DNA of 62,926 bases, the filler included, from Octopus bimaculoides (Eukaryota): NCBI RefSeq assembly GCF_001194135.2. It is 6 parts of 5 records of this genome, joined end to end, with 100 filler letters (N's around TTAATTAATTAA, not from the genome) between each part and the next. Parts side by side here need not be neighbours in the genome. Positions count along the whole stretch, not along the records: positions 48,300 to 56,865 come from NC_068996.1; positions 56,966 to 62,926 come from NC_068999.1; 4 more parts are not named here. One strand, given 5' to 3'. A program made the position numbers and the translations under genes. The notes below the pieces were generated by a model. That model saw only the letters and a list, made by a program, of their open reading frames with translations, had not been told where the DNA came from and ran no database searches. This document shows positions 50,575 to 62,926 of the stretch, in pieces. How positions within the stretch are numbered: position 1 is the first letter of the stretch; each line of letters begins with the position of its first letter.

Positions 50575-51336
50575 AGGATGATTGCAGATACTCTCCAAAT
50601 ACACAAATCGAGTGTTGAAAACCATCTGCATCAACTTGGTTACGCCAGCGGGTTTTATGTTCGGGTCCCACATCAACTGAATGAGGCTAATCTCGCTTAA
50701 TGGATTTCCATTTGCAATTCGTTGCAGAAACGACGTGAAGAAAATGACCCTTTTTTGAAGAGAATGGTCTACAGGGGACGACAAATAGGTCGTCTATAAC
50801 AATGTGAAGAGCAAACGCTCGTGGAGGAAGCGCGGAAAACCACCACAAACGACTTCCAAAGCAGAACTTCATCCGAAATTTGGTGGGATTGGAAGGGTGT
50901 TGTCTTTTACGAGCTTCTTTCCATAGACAGGACCAGCACTTTTTAATTGTAAGGGCATTGTCTTTCATCACGACAATGTCACACCGCATACTTCTATGCA
51001 GATGCAACAGACATTACTGGGTTTTGGCTGGGAAGTTTTGCTGCACTCTCCATATTTGCCCGATCTTGCGCCTTCAAATTTCCACCTGTTTCGGTCTCTT
51101 CAAAATTCATTGAATGGACGAACGTTCAACTTTGAAGTGGTTGTAAAATTTCACCCGAAAGAGTTTTTCGCTAGTAAAGGCAGGAAATTCTTAAAACAGA
51201 AAATAATGAATCTGCTCACAAGATGGCAGAAGATACTGGAATGAAACTATATCATTGGTTGAATAATTGCTTTGTGTTTAAAACTTGTGTCTAGTTTTTG
51301 CTTAAAAAACGAGTGGACTTTTAGGGCAATCCAATA
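50575..51336 (+). mobile_element. DD34D mariner transposase pseudogene with 3' TIR
   Basis: VPHQLNE, PFLKRM, WWDWKGVVFYELL, HHDNVTPHTS and HSPYLPDLAPSNFHLFRSLQNSL across frameshifts. TIR-like TTTTAGGGCAATCCAATA. Confidence 0.92.
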
Positions 51337-52942
51337 CACATACACATATAGAAAAAGGAAGAGAGAGAGAGAAAGATTTGACATAGGTCAGAAAGAGAGC
51401 CAGACAAGCAGATATTTGAGTTCAACGAGATGCATATCTGTTCTTTTAAGCCTAATCAAAAATGACCATCGGTAAATAAATATATATGGAAATATAAACG
51501 ACCACCATTCTTAGTAGTCTTTTATTTATAATTCTGAGGAAATGTTGAGTGTCAGAGAAACAAACAAGAAAATTACTGACAGCTGGACTTACTGTATATT
51601 CCGATAGTGACAGAATGTGGTGATGATATTTTGGAATGGAAAACAATCTCTTGTTGTTCAATGAGGACAGTATCTTTTTTTGTTAAGAGACATGCCTGCA
51701 TATTAAAATATTATACAAGCACTCCGCCCCACAAATTACACGCAAATACGTGTGTGCATGCGTGCGTGTGTACGTACATATATATATATAGGTGTGTGTA
51801 CCTACATACAAACACATACGCACATATATACATTCGAATATATGTACATGTATATATAAATATAAATTTCTGAATATACATACATATATACACGCACGCA
51901 CGCACGCACACACACATACGCGCGCGCGCACACATACCAGAAAAGGTATAAAATAATGGGCTATACATATTTATTTATATGTGCATTGTAGACTTATAAT
52001 TGTTTCTAAGATGTAGGTCATAAGTGCATTTGCTCAATTTATAAAATTGGATGAGCTTAAAAAATCATTATCATATTGAGAACCCGCACGTTCCGCATCA
52101 GTGTGCAGGCTCTGAGGATGATAGTATTTGTTTATGTCGTTCGTAAGTCTATGATGCACAAATAAATAATGTAAAGCTCATTATTTATGACTTTTTTTTG
52201 TATGTCTCTCTGTGAAAAATACCATATTAACTAGGGAAAATAACCATGGATTTACAAAGTCGGCTGGTGATGGACTTCGATTTTGGATCTCGCCTTAGGA
52301 TCACCTGGGATTCTATACTAACGTTTTGTTAGCCTGGTGTATTTGAATTAGCAGAGTACTTAAGAACTATTTTGCCTGGATTGATAATGCTTTATTAATG
52401 ACCCTTTATTCTGATATATATAAATGTAAGCTATGCGTAGCTGAAAGAGCTTAGATCCTTTTCAGATCTAAGATTTCTAACTCACTACTGAACTCTAGGT
52501 TTGAAATTTTCAGCAGTTGTAAACATATGCCTAAGTTCCTTTTGAACGATTGGAAAATTCCGCCTATATCAAGTTGGTATGTTGGTATTTTTTTGCAGTC
52601 TTGTAATTTAAGTTCTAAATTTTCACCTATTTCTGTTTACTTTTTCGTTTTCCGTTTTATAACCTTCTACGTTTTCTATATGCTTCTTTCTCGAGTTTTC
52701 GCATTTCTTCTCTCATTCAATTTGCATGTGCGAGTTGTTTGCAAGACATGCTATATGGTTTGTGCTTGATGACTGTGCAGAGATGTTACACACGTTATAA
52801 TTCATTATTTGGCATGTTCTCACACAAAAACTAGTAACACATAAAACATGTATCGTGTCTATTAAATAATATTTATCTTTCCCTACACATTTTTGTTGAT
52901 CTTACCATCATAGAAGAGTACATTATACACGCGCGCACGCAC

Positions 52943-53148
52943 TAGAGGGTATGCTGGCTTTGGGTAAAAGAAAATACAGGAGGATCAGTTAATTATGAAT
53001 TTATTCAACATATTCCTATCTCAGATTCACACATCGCAACCGTCCTTTAATTTTTCTAAGCCCTGTAAAAAAAACTCGGAAGTTTAGGCCTCTAAGCAGG
53101 CCTTTCCTGAAACCCTTAAAACCAGGAACTTTTCACCCTCACCTCGTG
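52943..53148. mobile_element. Mariner-type MITE, second copy
   Basis: Shares GGCTTTGGGTAAAAGAAAATACAGGAGGAT and TTCTAAGCCCTGTAAAA with 48847-49024. Confidence 0.75.
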
Positions 53149-53191
53149 TATGTATGTATGTGTATGTTTATGTATATATACATATATTTAA

Positions 53192-53251
<60 letters not shown>

Positions 53252-53343
53252 GTTTGCATTCATATCCATTTACCCACATATATATGCATATACGTATACA
53301 TACACACATACATCTACATAATAGCCCACTAACTATTCTATCT

Positions 53344-53385
<42 letters not shown>

Positions 53386-53419
53386 TAGGTATAGGGCTAT
53401 GATTACCTACTACGTTTAT

Positions 53420-53645
53420 TTCCTATTTAGTGCTGGGATGTTTTATTTATGAGGGCATACTCCTGTATTTGTCTGAGTGTTGGGTCTTTTGGGTGCTTCA
53501 ATAAAATGCTGATGTCAAGTTGACCCATGTTAGTCCTTGGCATGTTGGTCGAGTATAGAGGATTGATTTCTGTCGTCATATTGTCTCAAATATTCATTTA
53601 GTCTTTCTGCAATGTTCCTAGATGTCTCTTCTGTGTATGCCATAA
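53420..53645 (-). mobile_element. Penelope-like GIY-YIG endonuclease fragment
   Basis: AYTEETSRNIAERLNEYLRQ (YIGETxRxLxxRLxEH motif), then ILLKHPKDPTLRQIQEYALINK. Confidence 0.75.
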
Positions 53646-54209
53646 GTAAATGGATATGAATGTGAACAGATAGACATAGAGATGGATAGGTACATAGGTA
53701 ATATGAACAGACAAGCACACATACACACGTACATACGCAAATGAAGACTGAAACATATACACACACACTTCACTTCACACAAGGACACATACGGAGGCAC
53801 ACATCCATACATACAGACACAGTACATAGTCATAAAAATCCATACTCAGACACACTCAGACATGCATACACAAGAAGACAGAGGTACACACACACATGCA
53901 CACGCAAACACATATACACACACACATGCGCATAAACAAACAAAAAGAATGCAGCTCGGTTAACGGAGAGGGTCAACAACTATTGAAAAGGTTGCAAGAC
54001 GCAACGAAAATTTTGAGAAAAATAAATAAGTAAATGAGTGGAAACTTTACCGGTGAGTGTGTTAAATTATAAGGCACTAAGAGAGAATGACTCTTCCCAG
54101 ACATAACAAAATATGCTTCAACACGCGCACTCACATAAAGAATTTTGCAACCCAAATCCCAAAACGAAGTACATATATATATATATATATATATAGGTGT
54201 GTGTGTGTG

Positions 54210-54636
54210 TAGGGGAAACCAGGGCATGATGGGCCACTAGGGAAAAACGGACCAGCCCCATTTTAGACATCTAAATGGGACTTAACTGGCGTGAACGTTT
54301 TCTAATTCAAAGTTAGTTCTCTTCGATCTCACATCCCGAAAAGTTTCATTTTGGCGGCAGTTTTCACGACACAAGAAGAAAAATAGTATAATTCAAGTCT
54401 TCATTGTAAGTATTGCTTTCAAATATATCATGTTAATGAAATAAATACCAACACCTTAGGTATGTATGGTTTATCATGTTTTGAAACATTTCAAATGCCA
54501 ATGTTTAAGCAGCAACATCCTTCATTTTTCCTTAGGTTTGGATGCAGAACAGACATTTTTTGTTGTAACCTGAATGGGACAAAATGGACCAAAGGATGCT
54601 GGGGAAAAACGGTCCACTGTTCCGTTTTACCCCATA
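54210..54636. mobile_element. TA-flanked MITE with degenerate TIRs (pogo/Tc1-like)
   Basis: Left end TAGGGGAAACCAGGGCATGATGGGCCAC vs the right end reversed, TATGGGGTAAAACGGAACAGTGGACC. Confidence 0.5.
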
Positions 54637-54669
54637 TGTGTGTATGTTATTTGTGTGTGTGTGTGTGCA

Positions 54670-54990
54670 CGACGTCTCCACAGCACCAAACGAAACCACG
54701 TCTCCTTAATGTCGGTAGATCGTGTCCATCCCCATTACCACGTGGTCGATCACGATCGCCCGCAGTCTTAGCGTTGTGCTTCGCACCGCTATATCCACAT
54801 CACAGCTACCCCTGCATTCGATTTTGCTGCCGTCGACTGCCCGAACGCTACTCATCCCCTTCCATTTCTTCGTCACCCTCGGGGTTACGAGAGTCGTCGT
54901 GCTGCCCTTGTCCACGAGGGTCTTGAACGTGTTTCTCCTACCCACGACCTCAACTATGGGCAGTGACTTCACCATCGCCTCTACTCGTTC
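54670..54990 (-). mobile_element. LTR-retrotransposon (Gypsy) aspartic protease fragment, active site mutated
   Basis: TLVDKGSTTTLV (DTG changed to DKG), VRAVDG flap-like segment, and VVMGMDTI (ILGMD-like motif). Confidence 0.8.
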
Positions 54991-55879
54991 GCAGGGAAAG
55001 TTTGAGAGGCAACAACTTCCCTAGACACAACAAAATTTGGTTCAACACACGAATTCACCTGAAGAATCTTGCAAACAAGATACAAAAGCGAAATATGTAT
55101 GTGTGTATATATATATATATATATNNNNNNNNNNNNNNNNNNNNNNNNNNNNNNNNNNNNNNNNNNNNNNNNNNNNNNNNNNNNNNNNNNNNNNNNNNNN
55201 NNNNNNNNNNNNNNNNNNNNNNNNNNNNNNNNNNNNNNNNNNNNNNNNNNNNNNNNNNNNNNNNNNNNNNNNNNNNNNNNNNNNNNNNNNNNNNNNNNNN
55301 NNNNNNNNNNNNNNNNNNNNNNNNNNNNNNNNNNNNNNNNNNNNNNNNNNNNNNNNNNNNNNNNNNNNNNNNNNNNNNNNNNNNNNNNNNNNNNNNNNNN
55401 NNNNNNNNNNNNNNNNNNNNNNNNNNNNNNNNNNNNNNNNNNNNNNNNNNNNNNNNNNNNNNNNNNNNNNNNNNNNNNNNNNNNNNNNNNNNNNNNNNNN
55501 NNNNNNNNNNNNNNNNNNNNNNNNNNNNNNNNNNNNNNNNNNNNNNNNNNNNNNNNNNNNNNNNNNNNNNNNNNNNNNNNNNNNNNNNNNNNNNNNNNNN
55601 NNNNNNNNNNNNNNNNNNNNNNNNNNNNNNNNNNNNNNNNNNNNNNNNNNNNNNNNNNNNNNNNNNNNNNNNNNNNNNNNNNNNNNNNNNNNNNNNNNNN
55701 NNNNNNNNNNNNNNNNNNNNNNNNNNNNNNNNNNNNNNNNNNNNNNNNNNNNNNNNNNNNNNNNNNNNNNNNNNNNNNNNNNNNNNNNNNNNNNNNNNNN
55801 NNNNNNNNNNNNNNNNNNNNNNNNNNNNNNNNNNNNNNNNNNNNNNNATACATACATATATGTACATACCTACATCTAC

Positions 55880-56100
55880 ATATATATATAGATGCATATC
55901 CGGGTACAGGACGTCAGAAAAATGAACGGGAACATAAAGCACAAAAACGGACTTTGTTTACAGACAACAGAACGAACACATAGGAAAAAAGCCACTTATG
56001 GAATTTTTCCTTCATCAGCTGCCTCTTTTCTAAACTAGGCGTTTCGAAGATGAGGTAGAACGCGCTCTTAGAATAGCTCTTCCTAAGTAGTGGATTAACC
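55880..56100. repeat. Repeat related to the 1618 arm terminus
   Basis: TGCATAT...CAGGACGTCA.AAAA start after a TA tract and the CCTTCATCAG motif are shared with 1620-1770. Confidence 0.5.
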
Positions 56101-56464
56101 CACTAAACAGAGGATTCCAAGGTAGCAAACACAAACCATGACAAGAAAAATTAGACAGTGAAAACAACATTAAAAGGCCAAAGGGCCAAATGCGATGAGA
56201 TATTGAACGCTGTGATATGACGAAGCTGAACGGAGAGACAGTAGTTTCGTCTTGCCTATGTGCTGGCTGAATGGAGAAATCACGATAAAGATACACATGA
56301 ACAATGCAATGAACATTTCAGTAATAGGCTTACCTTTGTTTTGAATGCATCGATAAGTAATAAATATTTCAATACCAATTGATTTCACGCTTTGCATGAC
56401 AAACATGCTTTGCGATCTTCAGTTGAAAACAGCATTTAACATCTATTTCTAAAATATTCACTAC

Positions 56465-56555
56465 GTTTGCCGAGCAGCTAAGTTACGGGGATGTAAACAT
56501 ACCAACATCGGTTATCAAGTGATGGTGGGGGGACAAACACAGACATACACACATG
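56465..56555 (-). mobile_element. Partial SINE family A tail
   Basis: CTAAGTTACGGGGATGTAAACATACCAACATCGGTTATCAAGTGATGGTGGGGGACAAACACAGAC. Confidence 0.8.
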
Positions 56556-56596
56556 TATATCCATTAGATCACTCTATTTTCTAACTCGATAATATG

Positions 56597-56632
<36 letters not shown>

Positions 56633-57783
56633 ATTATTACAATTAAAAGGGTAAAGGATTATCAATTTATTAATAAATTAATAGTTAATAATTTTTACCA
56701 AGCCCTTCGGTATGTAAGCACCATTATCGGTGTGGAACTTATTTAAAAGTTCTTATACATTTATAAACAAAATTAAAGGATCAGCAACAGGTTGCTTCAC
56801 CACATACCGAAGTTCAGAAATAGCAGCTAAAAATGCTGAGCTTCGGTATGTGGTGGAGCAACCTGNNNNNNNNNNNNNNNNNNNNNNNNNNNNNNNNNNN
56901 NNNNNNNNNTTAATTAATTAANNNNNNNNNNNNNNNNNNNNNNNNNNNNNNNNNNNNNNNNNNNNAGGACCATGGGCGCTGATGGGTTAAAACAAAACCA
57001 CGCTATTGGTACTTTCTTCTAGTTTGATTCATACTTCTTTTTGACAAAAACCTTACATATTTCCGGTTGAGCGGACAATCCCAACAAAAGTTCAATGTTT
57101 TTCTCATTGGACCTGGCGATATGACGCAATTATAGTAGAACCGGTGATGAGTTCGAAATATTGGTCTTCTGGTTGCTACTTACTAGTCCAACACATATTT
57201 TGATCCGGATAATCCATCCTACGTAGTTTATAAGACTTTTAAGTTCTCCATTTCATTTTAATTAAAAAAAAAAAATTTCTAACATTCCAACTACACATAG
57301 GATTACTACGCCTCTATATCGGCAAGAGAACAGACACGCAAACATAAGTACACACAAATATATACACCCATATATAAACTGATATATATATGTATGTGTG
57401 TACGTATGTATTTTTGTATATGTGTGTGTGTATGTATATATATGTGTGTGTGTGTGTATGTATATATACAGAAATATATATATATGTAAACATGGTATCT
57501 ATGCGCACACATGCATACATATAAATATATATATGTATGCATGTATATACAACTATTTATATGTATATATAAGTGTGTGTGTGTGTGTGTGCGTGTGTGT
57601 GTTTGACTGTGTCTGTCTGTGTACAAATATGTATATGTATATGTGTGTGTGTGTGTGTGCGTGTGTGTGTGTGTGTATGCGAGCGCACATGCACATTTCT
57701 CTCTACCTATTTACCTGCTTCATTGCTAACTGATAAATAACACTAAAAGTCTCACCTGACGCGTTCATCCGGGTATTTATCTT

Positions 57784-57829
<46 letters not shown>

Positions 57830-57905
57830 CCCTTTGCATATGTGTGTGCAGTTCAGACTGATTCTAGCGTACCATCTGAAACTGGAATCACGTTATTTTA
57901 CAGCC

Positions 57906-57946
<41 letters not shown>

Positions 57947-59035
57947 TACACACGCATACTGATGAGGACACATCTAAACACGTAGACACAAAAATCACAC
58001 ACACACACATGCACACGTGCGTATCTACTCACATGCAAACAAAAATGTTATCATAGGTACACACACACACACACACACACACGTACACACGCACTGATTA
58101 CAAACGCTTTACGCACATGTCACCATGCATCTGCATGTATATACACACCCATACATGAGTGTCGATGTGTGCATGCATGTGTGTGTCTGTGTGTGCGTGT
58201 GTGCGCATGCGTGCATGTATACATGTACGTGTGAATATACAGATGCACATGCAGGTCTATGATTTAGACAGAAACGAGCATATTTTTTAAAGAGAGAGAG
58301 AGAGAGAGAGACAGAGACAGAGAGAGATGAATACATCAGGAATTGATCTGAGAACGTAAACCGCCGTAACTAAATATTAGAAAGAAGTTTGTCAATCCAC
58401 AAATCGACATTTTTCGGACAATTAAGGTCCAAGTTAGTGTATAGGGTTTCATTCAAGTGCCTATATATATATTTTTTAACCTCGTATATAGTACGCACTA
58501 GAAATTTTGACCTTTAAATTTGGGGAAAAAAGTGCGGATTATGTATATATATATATATATTTATGTGTATTTCTTCTATCTTAATGAATAAAAATTCTTC
58601 TGATAGAATAAATGGGTTAATAGAAACCGATTTAGCAAAAAACACAAAATAACTGTGGTTTAGTTCCTGTTTTTAAGGCAGGAACTCCTTGAAATTTTGG
58701 GTATTTGAGTATATTTAAGAATTTAAGGATTGGAGAAAACGCATGTTATAATTGCATACTTTATTCCTACATATGTTTCAAAGGATTACAACCTGTGTGA
58801 TCCATAGGGATCTTTGATATTAAANNNNNNNNNNNNNNNNNNNNNNNNNNNNNNNNNNNNNNNNNNNNNATATATATGCGTGTGTATTTATATATATTTG
58901 TTTGCATGTATATACGACTATATGTATGCGCATGTATCTAAGTATGTGTGTACATTATGGAGACACTATCCTAGATTTGGGAACAATATCTTGGTAAAAG
59001 ATAGCCATAGTTGTGATTTGTCACTTATCTGTGGC

Positions 59036-59069
<34 letters not shown>

Positions 59070-59439
59070 CGAATGCATGTATGTATGTATAATGTGTAAA
59101 TGAAGCAGGAAAGGAATATACAGTTGAATAAAAATAGACATATCCCATCCTATTGAGAATTGATACATAGGAAGATAAGGAAGTTGGAGGATGGGTATTA
59201 TCTGACGGACAAGTAATATTAACAGCATAATAATAATGATGATAATTATTATCATTTCTGACGCAGTCACATGATTGCGAATTTGGAAGGAGGGGATTAG
59301 ATAATTAAATATCAACCCTAGTAATTGACCAGGATTTTTTTTCTTTTTTTTTTACGATCTCGAAAAAAAGTAATAAAAGACAAATGTGGTTTTGGTGGAA
59401 TTTCAACTCATGAGTCAAAGATCCGGAATAAACACTACG

Positions 59440-60095
59440 AATGTTTTGGTACCATAGAATAAAATGGTACTTATTCTATCGAACCCCGAAAACATAAAAA
59501 ATAAAAAGTTGACCTCGGCAGAGTTTGAACTCAGAACGTACAGACAAATGTAAAGCCGCTAAACATTTTGTCGGTCGTGCTAACGATTCTTTTCTACTCT
59601 AGGCACAAGGCCCGAAATTTTGAGGGAGGGGGCCAGTCGATTAGACCGATCCCAGTTTGCAACTGGTACTTAATTTATCGACCCCGAAAAGTTGAAAGGC
59701 AAANNNNNNNNNNTTAGACCGATCCCAGTTTGCAACTGGTACTTAATTTATCGACCCCGAAAAGTTGAAAGGCAAAGTTGACCTCGGCGGAATTTGAACT
59801 CAGAACGTAAAGACGAGCGAAATACCGCTAAGCATTTCGTCCAACGTGCTAACGGTTCTTATTTCTTTATTGCCCACAAGGGGCTAAACATAGAGGGGAC
59901 AAAGAAGGACAGACAAAGGGATTAAGTCGATTATGTCGACTCCAGTGCGTAACTGGTATTTAATTTATCGACCCCGAAACGATGAAAGGCAAAGTCGACC
60001 TCGGCAGAATTTGAACTCAGAACGTAACGGCAGACGAAATACTGCTAAGCATTTCGCCCGGCGTGCTAACGTTTCTGCCAGCTCGCCGCCTTTTA
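59440..60095 (-). mobile_element. Head-to-tail array of three SINE family B copies
   Basis: Repeated GTTGACCTCGGC.GA.TTTGAACTCAGAACGTA blocks, with junctions after GCTAACG(A/G)TTCT at 59590 and 59859. Confidence 0.9.
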
Positions 60096-60327
60096 CAGTA
60101 CTATGATAATAAAAATTGTTTCATTTAGGTACAAAAGCGACTGTTATTTTGGCGGGAAAGGAGACTGACGATTATATTGCCCCCAGTACCTGACTGGTGT
60201 TTTCTTTTATCGACTCCAGGTAGATGAAAGAGAAAGTGAACTCAGCAGGATTTGAACTCAGAACGTAAAAATCCAGAATAAATACCACACTAAAGATTCT
60301 GAAATTCCACCTTCGTGATGACAATGA

Positions 60328-61200
60328 TAACAAGAGGACTCAGAGAGCACAAACCTCCGTCCTTTCAACGAATAGCCGGAGACGATTTTTAAAAAGAGAA
60401 TATCTGAAATAAACTCAACTGCTCTCACAAACGAGAATCCTAAAAATTAAGTTAAAAACCGGAAAAATAACCTGGAATCCTTGTCCGGTACCTGATCGAT
60501 CCCAATGTTAGTCATGGAATGTGAAGGTGGCTGTAGACAATTTAGTAACAGTAATAAATAGTTTATCCTTATCTAATACAAGCCAAAGTTAACAAATTCA
60601 CCATTCAAAATAGTTTCAAAGGCGGAGGTAATAATAATAAGTTACACTCATGAATTTTTAAATGAATAGCATGAGACCTTTTGGTTTTTCTCTTTTCTTA
60701 CATTCTGGTCTTCCTTTAGTATTCCTGTTGTTTTAGATCGATGTGTAGATGTAGTATATATATAAGTATACCGTAAATTGTTAATATGTATGTATGATAC
60801 ATAATATATATATATTATAAAAATGTGTTAGTGTTATTTAATTTCTGAACGGTTTTGCTGCCGTTTGTTTATGTAATTTGATTTCTTTATCCATCATAAG
60901 ATAGAGACGCGAGTAAAATTAACAATAGAGAATCGAAAATAAAACTTTGGAAACAGCCAAAGGGAGATAATTGAGAAAGACTGAAAGTCAACGTAAGATC
61001 GTAATCATGTGAAGGAAATATAACAAATAATCCAGAATCCTTGTCCGGTACCGGATCGATCCCAAAATCTAATGAGATCGTGTCAGTTACAAGGCCAAAC
61101 ATCCCGGAAAGTTTCATCCGAATCCATCCAGCGGTTCTTGAGATATCTTGTCCACGGACAAACAGACAAACGCGATTGAAAACAAAAGCTTTCAAATTTT
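60328..61200 (+). mobile_element. Helentron-associated (HINE/DINE-1-like) non-autonomous elements, two partial copies
   Basis: Subterminal IR ACCTCCGTC (60353-60361) / GGCGGAGGT (60621-60629) followed by TAAT. Internal GAATCCTTGTCCGGTACC.GATCGATCCCA occurs twice. GGACAAACAGACAAACGCGATTGAAAACAA matches the 4310 copy. Confidence 0.55.
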
Positions 61201-62024
61201 GACATGAAGCCAGTAATTTTTGAGGTAGCCAATTTCCAAAGAGAGAGAGAGGGTGGGAAAGAGACAAGACAAATATAGGGAGGAGAGAGAGAGAAAAAAG
61301 AGACCAGACAAATATAGAGAGGAAAGAGAGAGAGAAAGAAAAGAGACAAGACAAATAAAGGGAGGAGAGACAGAGTGTGTGAAACAATCTATGCATTTAT
61401 TCTATTAGTTATCGACAGATAAAGGATAAAAATCAAGGCAGGTCTTCAGCGTGATTCAAACTCAAAGAGCCACTAATTATTAGTAACAGGCGCTCTAACG
61501 ACTCTACCAACTTGCCGCTTCAACGTGAGATATCGAATAATGAATTTGAAAGAAGTTGTGTTAAAGCTCTCCAGAATGCGAATTAATGCAATATCTATGT
61601 AAAAGTCAGAGAATTAGTTTTGGGTTTGATTTTTGTTGGTTTTTTTTTTTTCTCTCTTTTCTCGAAATGTTTCCATTCCATTAAATATGAAACCGAGTTA
61701 AAAACAGAAACAGAAAAATGATAGAGGTGACGATAAATCACTTCATGGAGACACAATGTTGGAGAACCGTTAACGTCATCACGACATTAAATAAATAGAA
61801 AAGTCTGTCTCTTTCTTGAAGCCGGTTGTTAATATCTCCCGTAATGGACTTTCAGTCTGGAAGTATTGGAGAATTCAGTTAGACCTGATGGGAAAAGAAA
61901 CATCATTTTCATGATCCAGTAATCAGCAACTACATTACTAAGCAACGAAGATAACAACAACAACAACAACAACAACAACAATAATAATTATTATTATTAT
62001 TATTATTGTTATTATTATTTCAAA

Positions 62025-62230
62025 TTTTTTCCACAAGGGCAGCTTGGGGGAGGTGGAGATGAGTCGATTACACCGATCCTAGTGTTCAACTGGTACTTAT
62101 TTTATCGACCCCGAAAGGATGAAAGGTAAAATCGACCTCGGCGGAATTTGAACTCAGAACATAGCGATGAGCGAAATACCGTCCAGCATTTCATCCGACA
62201 TGCTAACGATTCTCCTAGATCGCCACCTTA
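62025..62230 (-). mobile_element. SINE family B, intact head
   Basis: ATCGACCCCGAAAGGATGAAAGG...CGGCGGAATTTGAACTCAGAAC...TGCTAACGATTCT...CGCCACCTT. Confidence 0.85.
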
Positions 62231-62271
<41 letters not shown>

Positions 62272-62288
62272 TAATAATGATGATGATG

Positions 62289-62350
<62 letters not shown>

Positions 62351-62569
62351 TAAGCAACACACCTTCAACGTGTATATAGTGTTCATTTAACCATGATTGA
62401 TATCGATTCTCAAGACTTATCTTGATAATTTATTGGTTACGTCTGACTAATCACGTGATTATTTTTATTACTTTGACGAAATGTTTTTCACTGAATCGTC
62501 AACTGTATGTTATTATCCTTTAATTCCGTAAGTATCTTGTTGCGAAGACACCTAACTTATTGGTTCGGG

Positions 62570-62855
62570 TGGTCGGCTCATGATCGTAAAGCCATGAGTT
62601 CATTTTCCGGAGCAAGACGTTTTATTTCACGTTGCTCCTGTCCACTCACCTGGCAAATACAAGCTGTACCTGTGATTAAAAGAACCAGCCTTGTCAAAAT
62701 CGGTGTGTCATACTGAATCTCCCCCCGAGAACTATGTTAGAGGTACACGTGTCTGTGGAGTGCTCAACCACATGCACGTTAATTTCAAGAGCAAGCTGTT
62801 CCGCTGATCGGATCATCTGGAACCCTTGTCGTCGTAAGCGACTGAGAGCCACTTT
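62570..62855 (+). mobile_element. tRNA-derived SINE sharing body and tail with family D
   Basis: CCCGAGAACTATGTTAGAGGTACACGTGTCTGTGGAGTGCTCAACCAC...CTGTTCCGCTGATCGGATC. Confidence 0.8.
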
Positions 62856-62891
62856 TTAATTTATTCATGGAACAAGAGAGAAAGAAAGAGT

Positions 62892-62926
<35 letters not shown>

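Noticed and set aside
56325-56410. Strong minus-strand donor AAG|GTAAGC
   Set aside because: No matching acceptor or meaningful open frame upstream.
56966-56993. piggyBac-like GGGTTAA ends (also 15476, 58610)
   Set aside because: The motifs are too short and no partner TIR was found.
59641-59776. Exact 63-bp direct repeat
   Set aside because: It flanks a 10-N gap, which indicates an unmerged contig overlap.

Overview
Repeat-dense animal genomic DNA from a draft scaffold with many N gaps. The SINE families, extreme microsatellite load and artificial TTAATTAATTAA join markers point to an octopus assembly, probably Octopus bimaculoides (inferred, not checked). Almost all ORF-track entries are artefacts of microsatellites or N runs. 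Host coding signal is limited to a well-formed plus-strand terminal exon with an EF-hand loop (27099-27208) and small minus-strand exons with good splice sites (10194-10244, 9517-9565, possibly 4393-4453). The rest is decayed mobile DNA: three to four tRNA-derived SINE families, Tc1/mariner relics and MITEs, fragments of RTE, CR1-like, CRE-like and R4/NeSL-like LINEs, Penelope-like GIY-YIG relics, Gypsy LTR/PBS/gag and protease fragments, and Helitron/Helentron ends. The most notable unexplained structures are five fold-back (inverted-repeat) elements including a probable Merlin MITE, a 279-nt direct-repeat unit with hammerhead-ribozyme-like boxes, further hammerhead-like relics, and a SINE that recurs joined at the same position of its own A-box. 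All homology calls come from motif recognition by eye; no searches were run.
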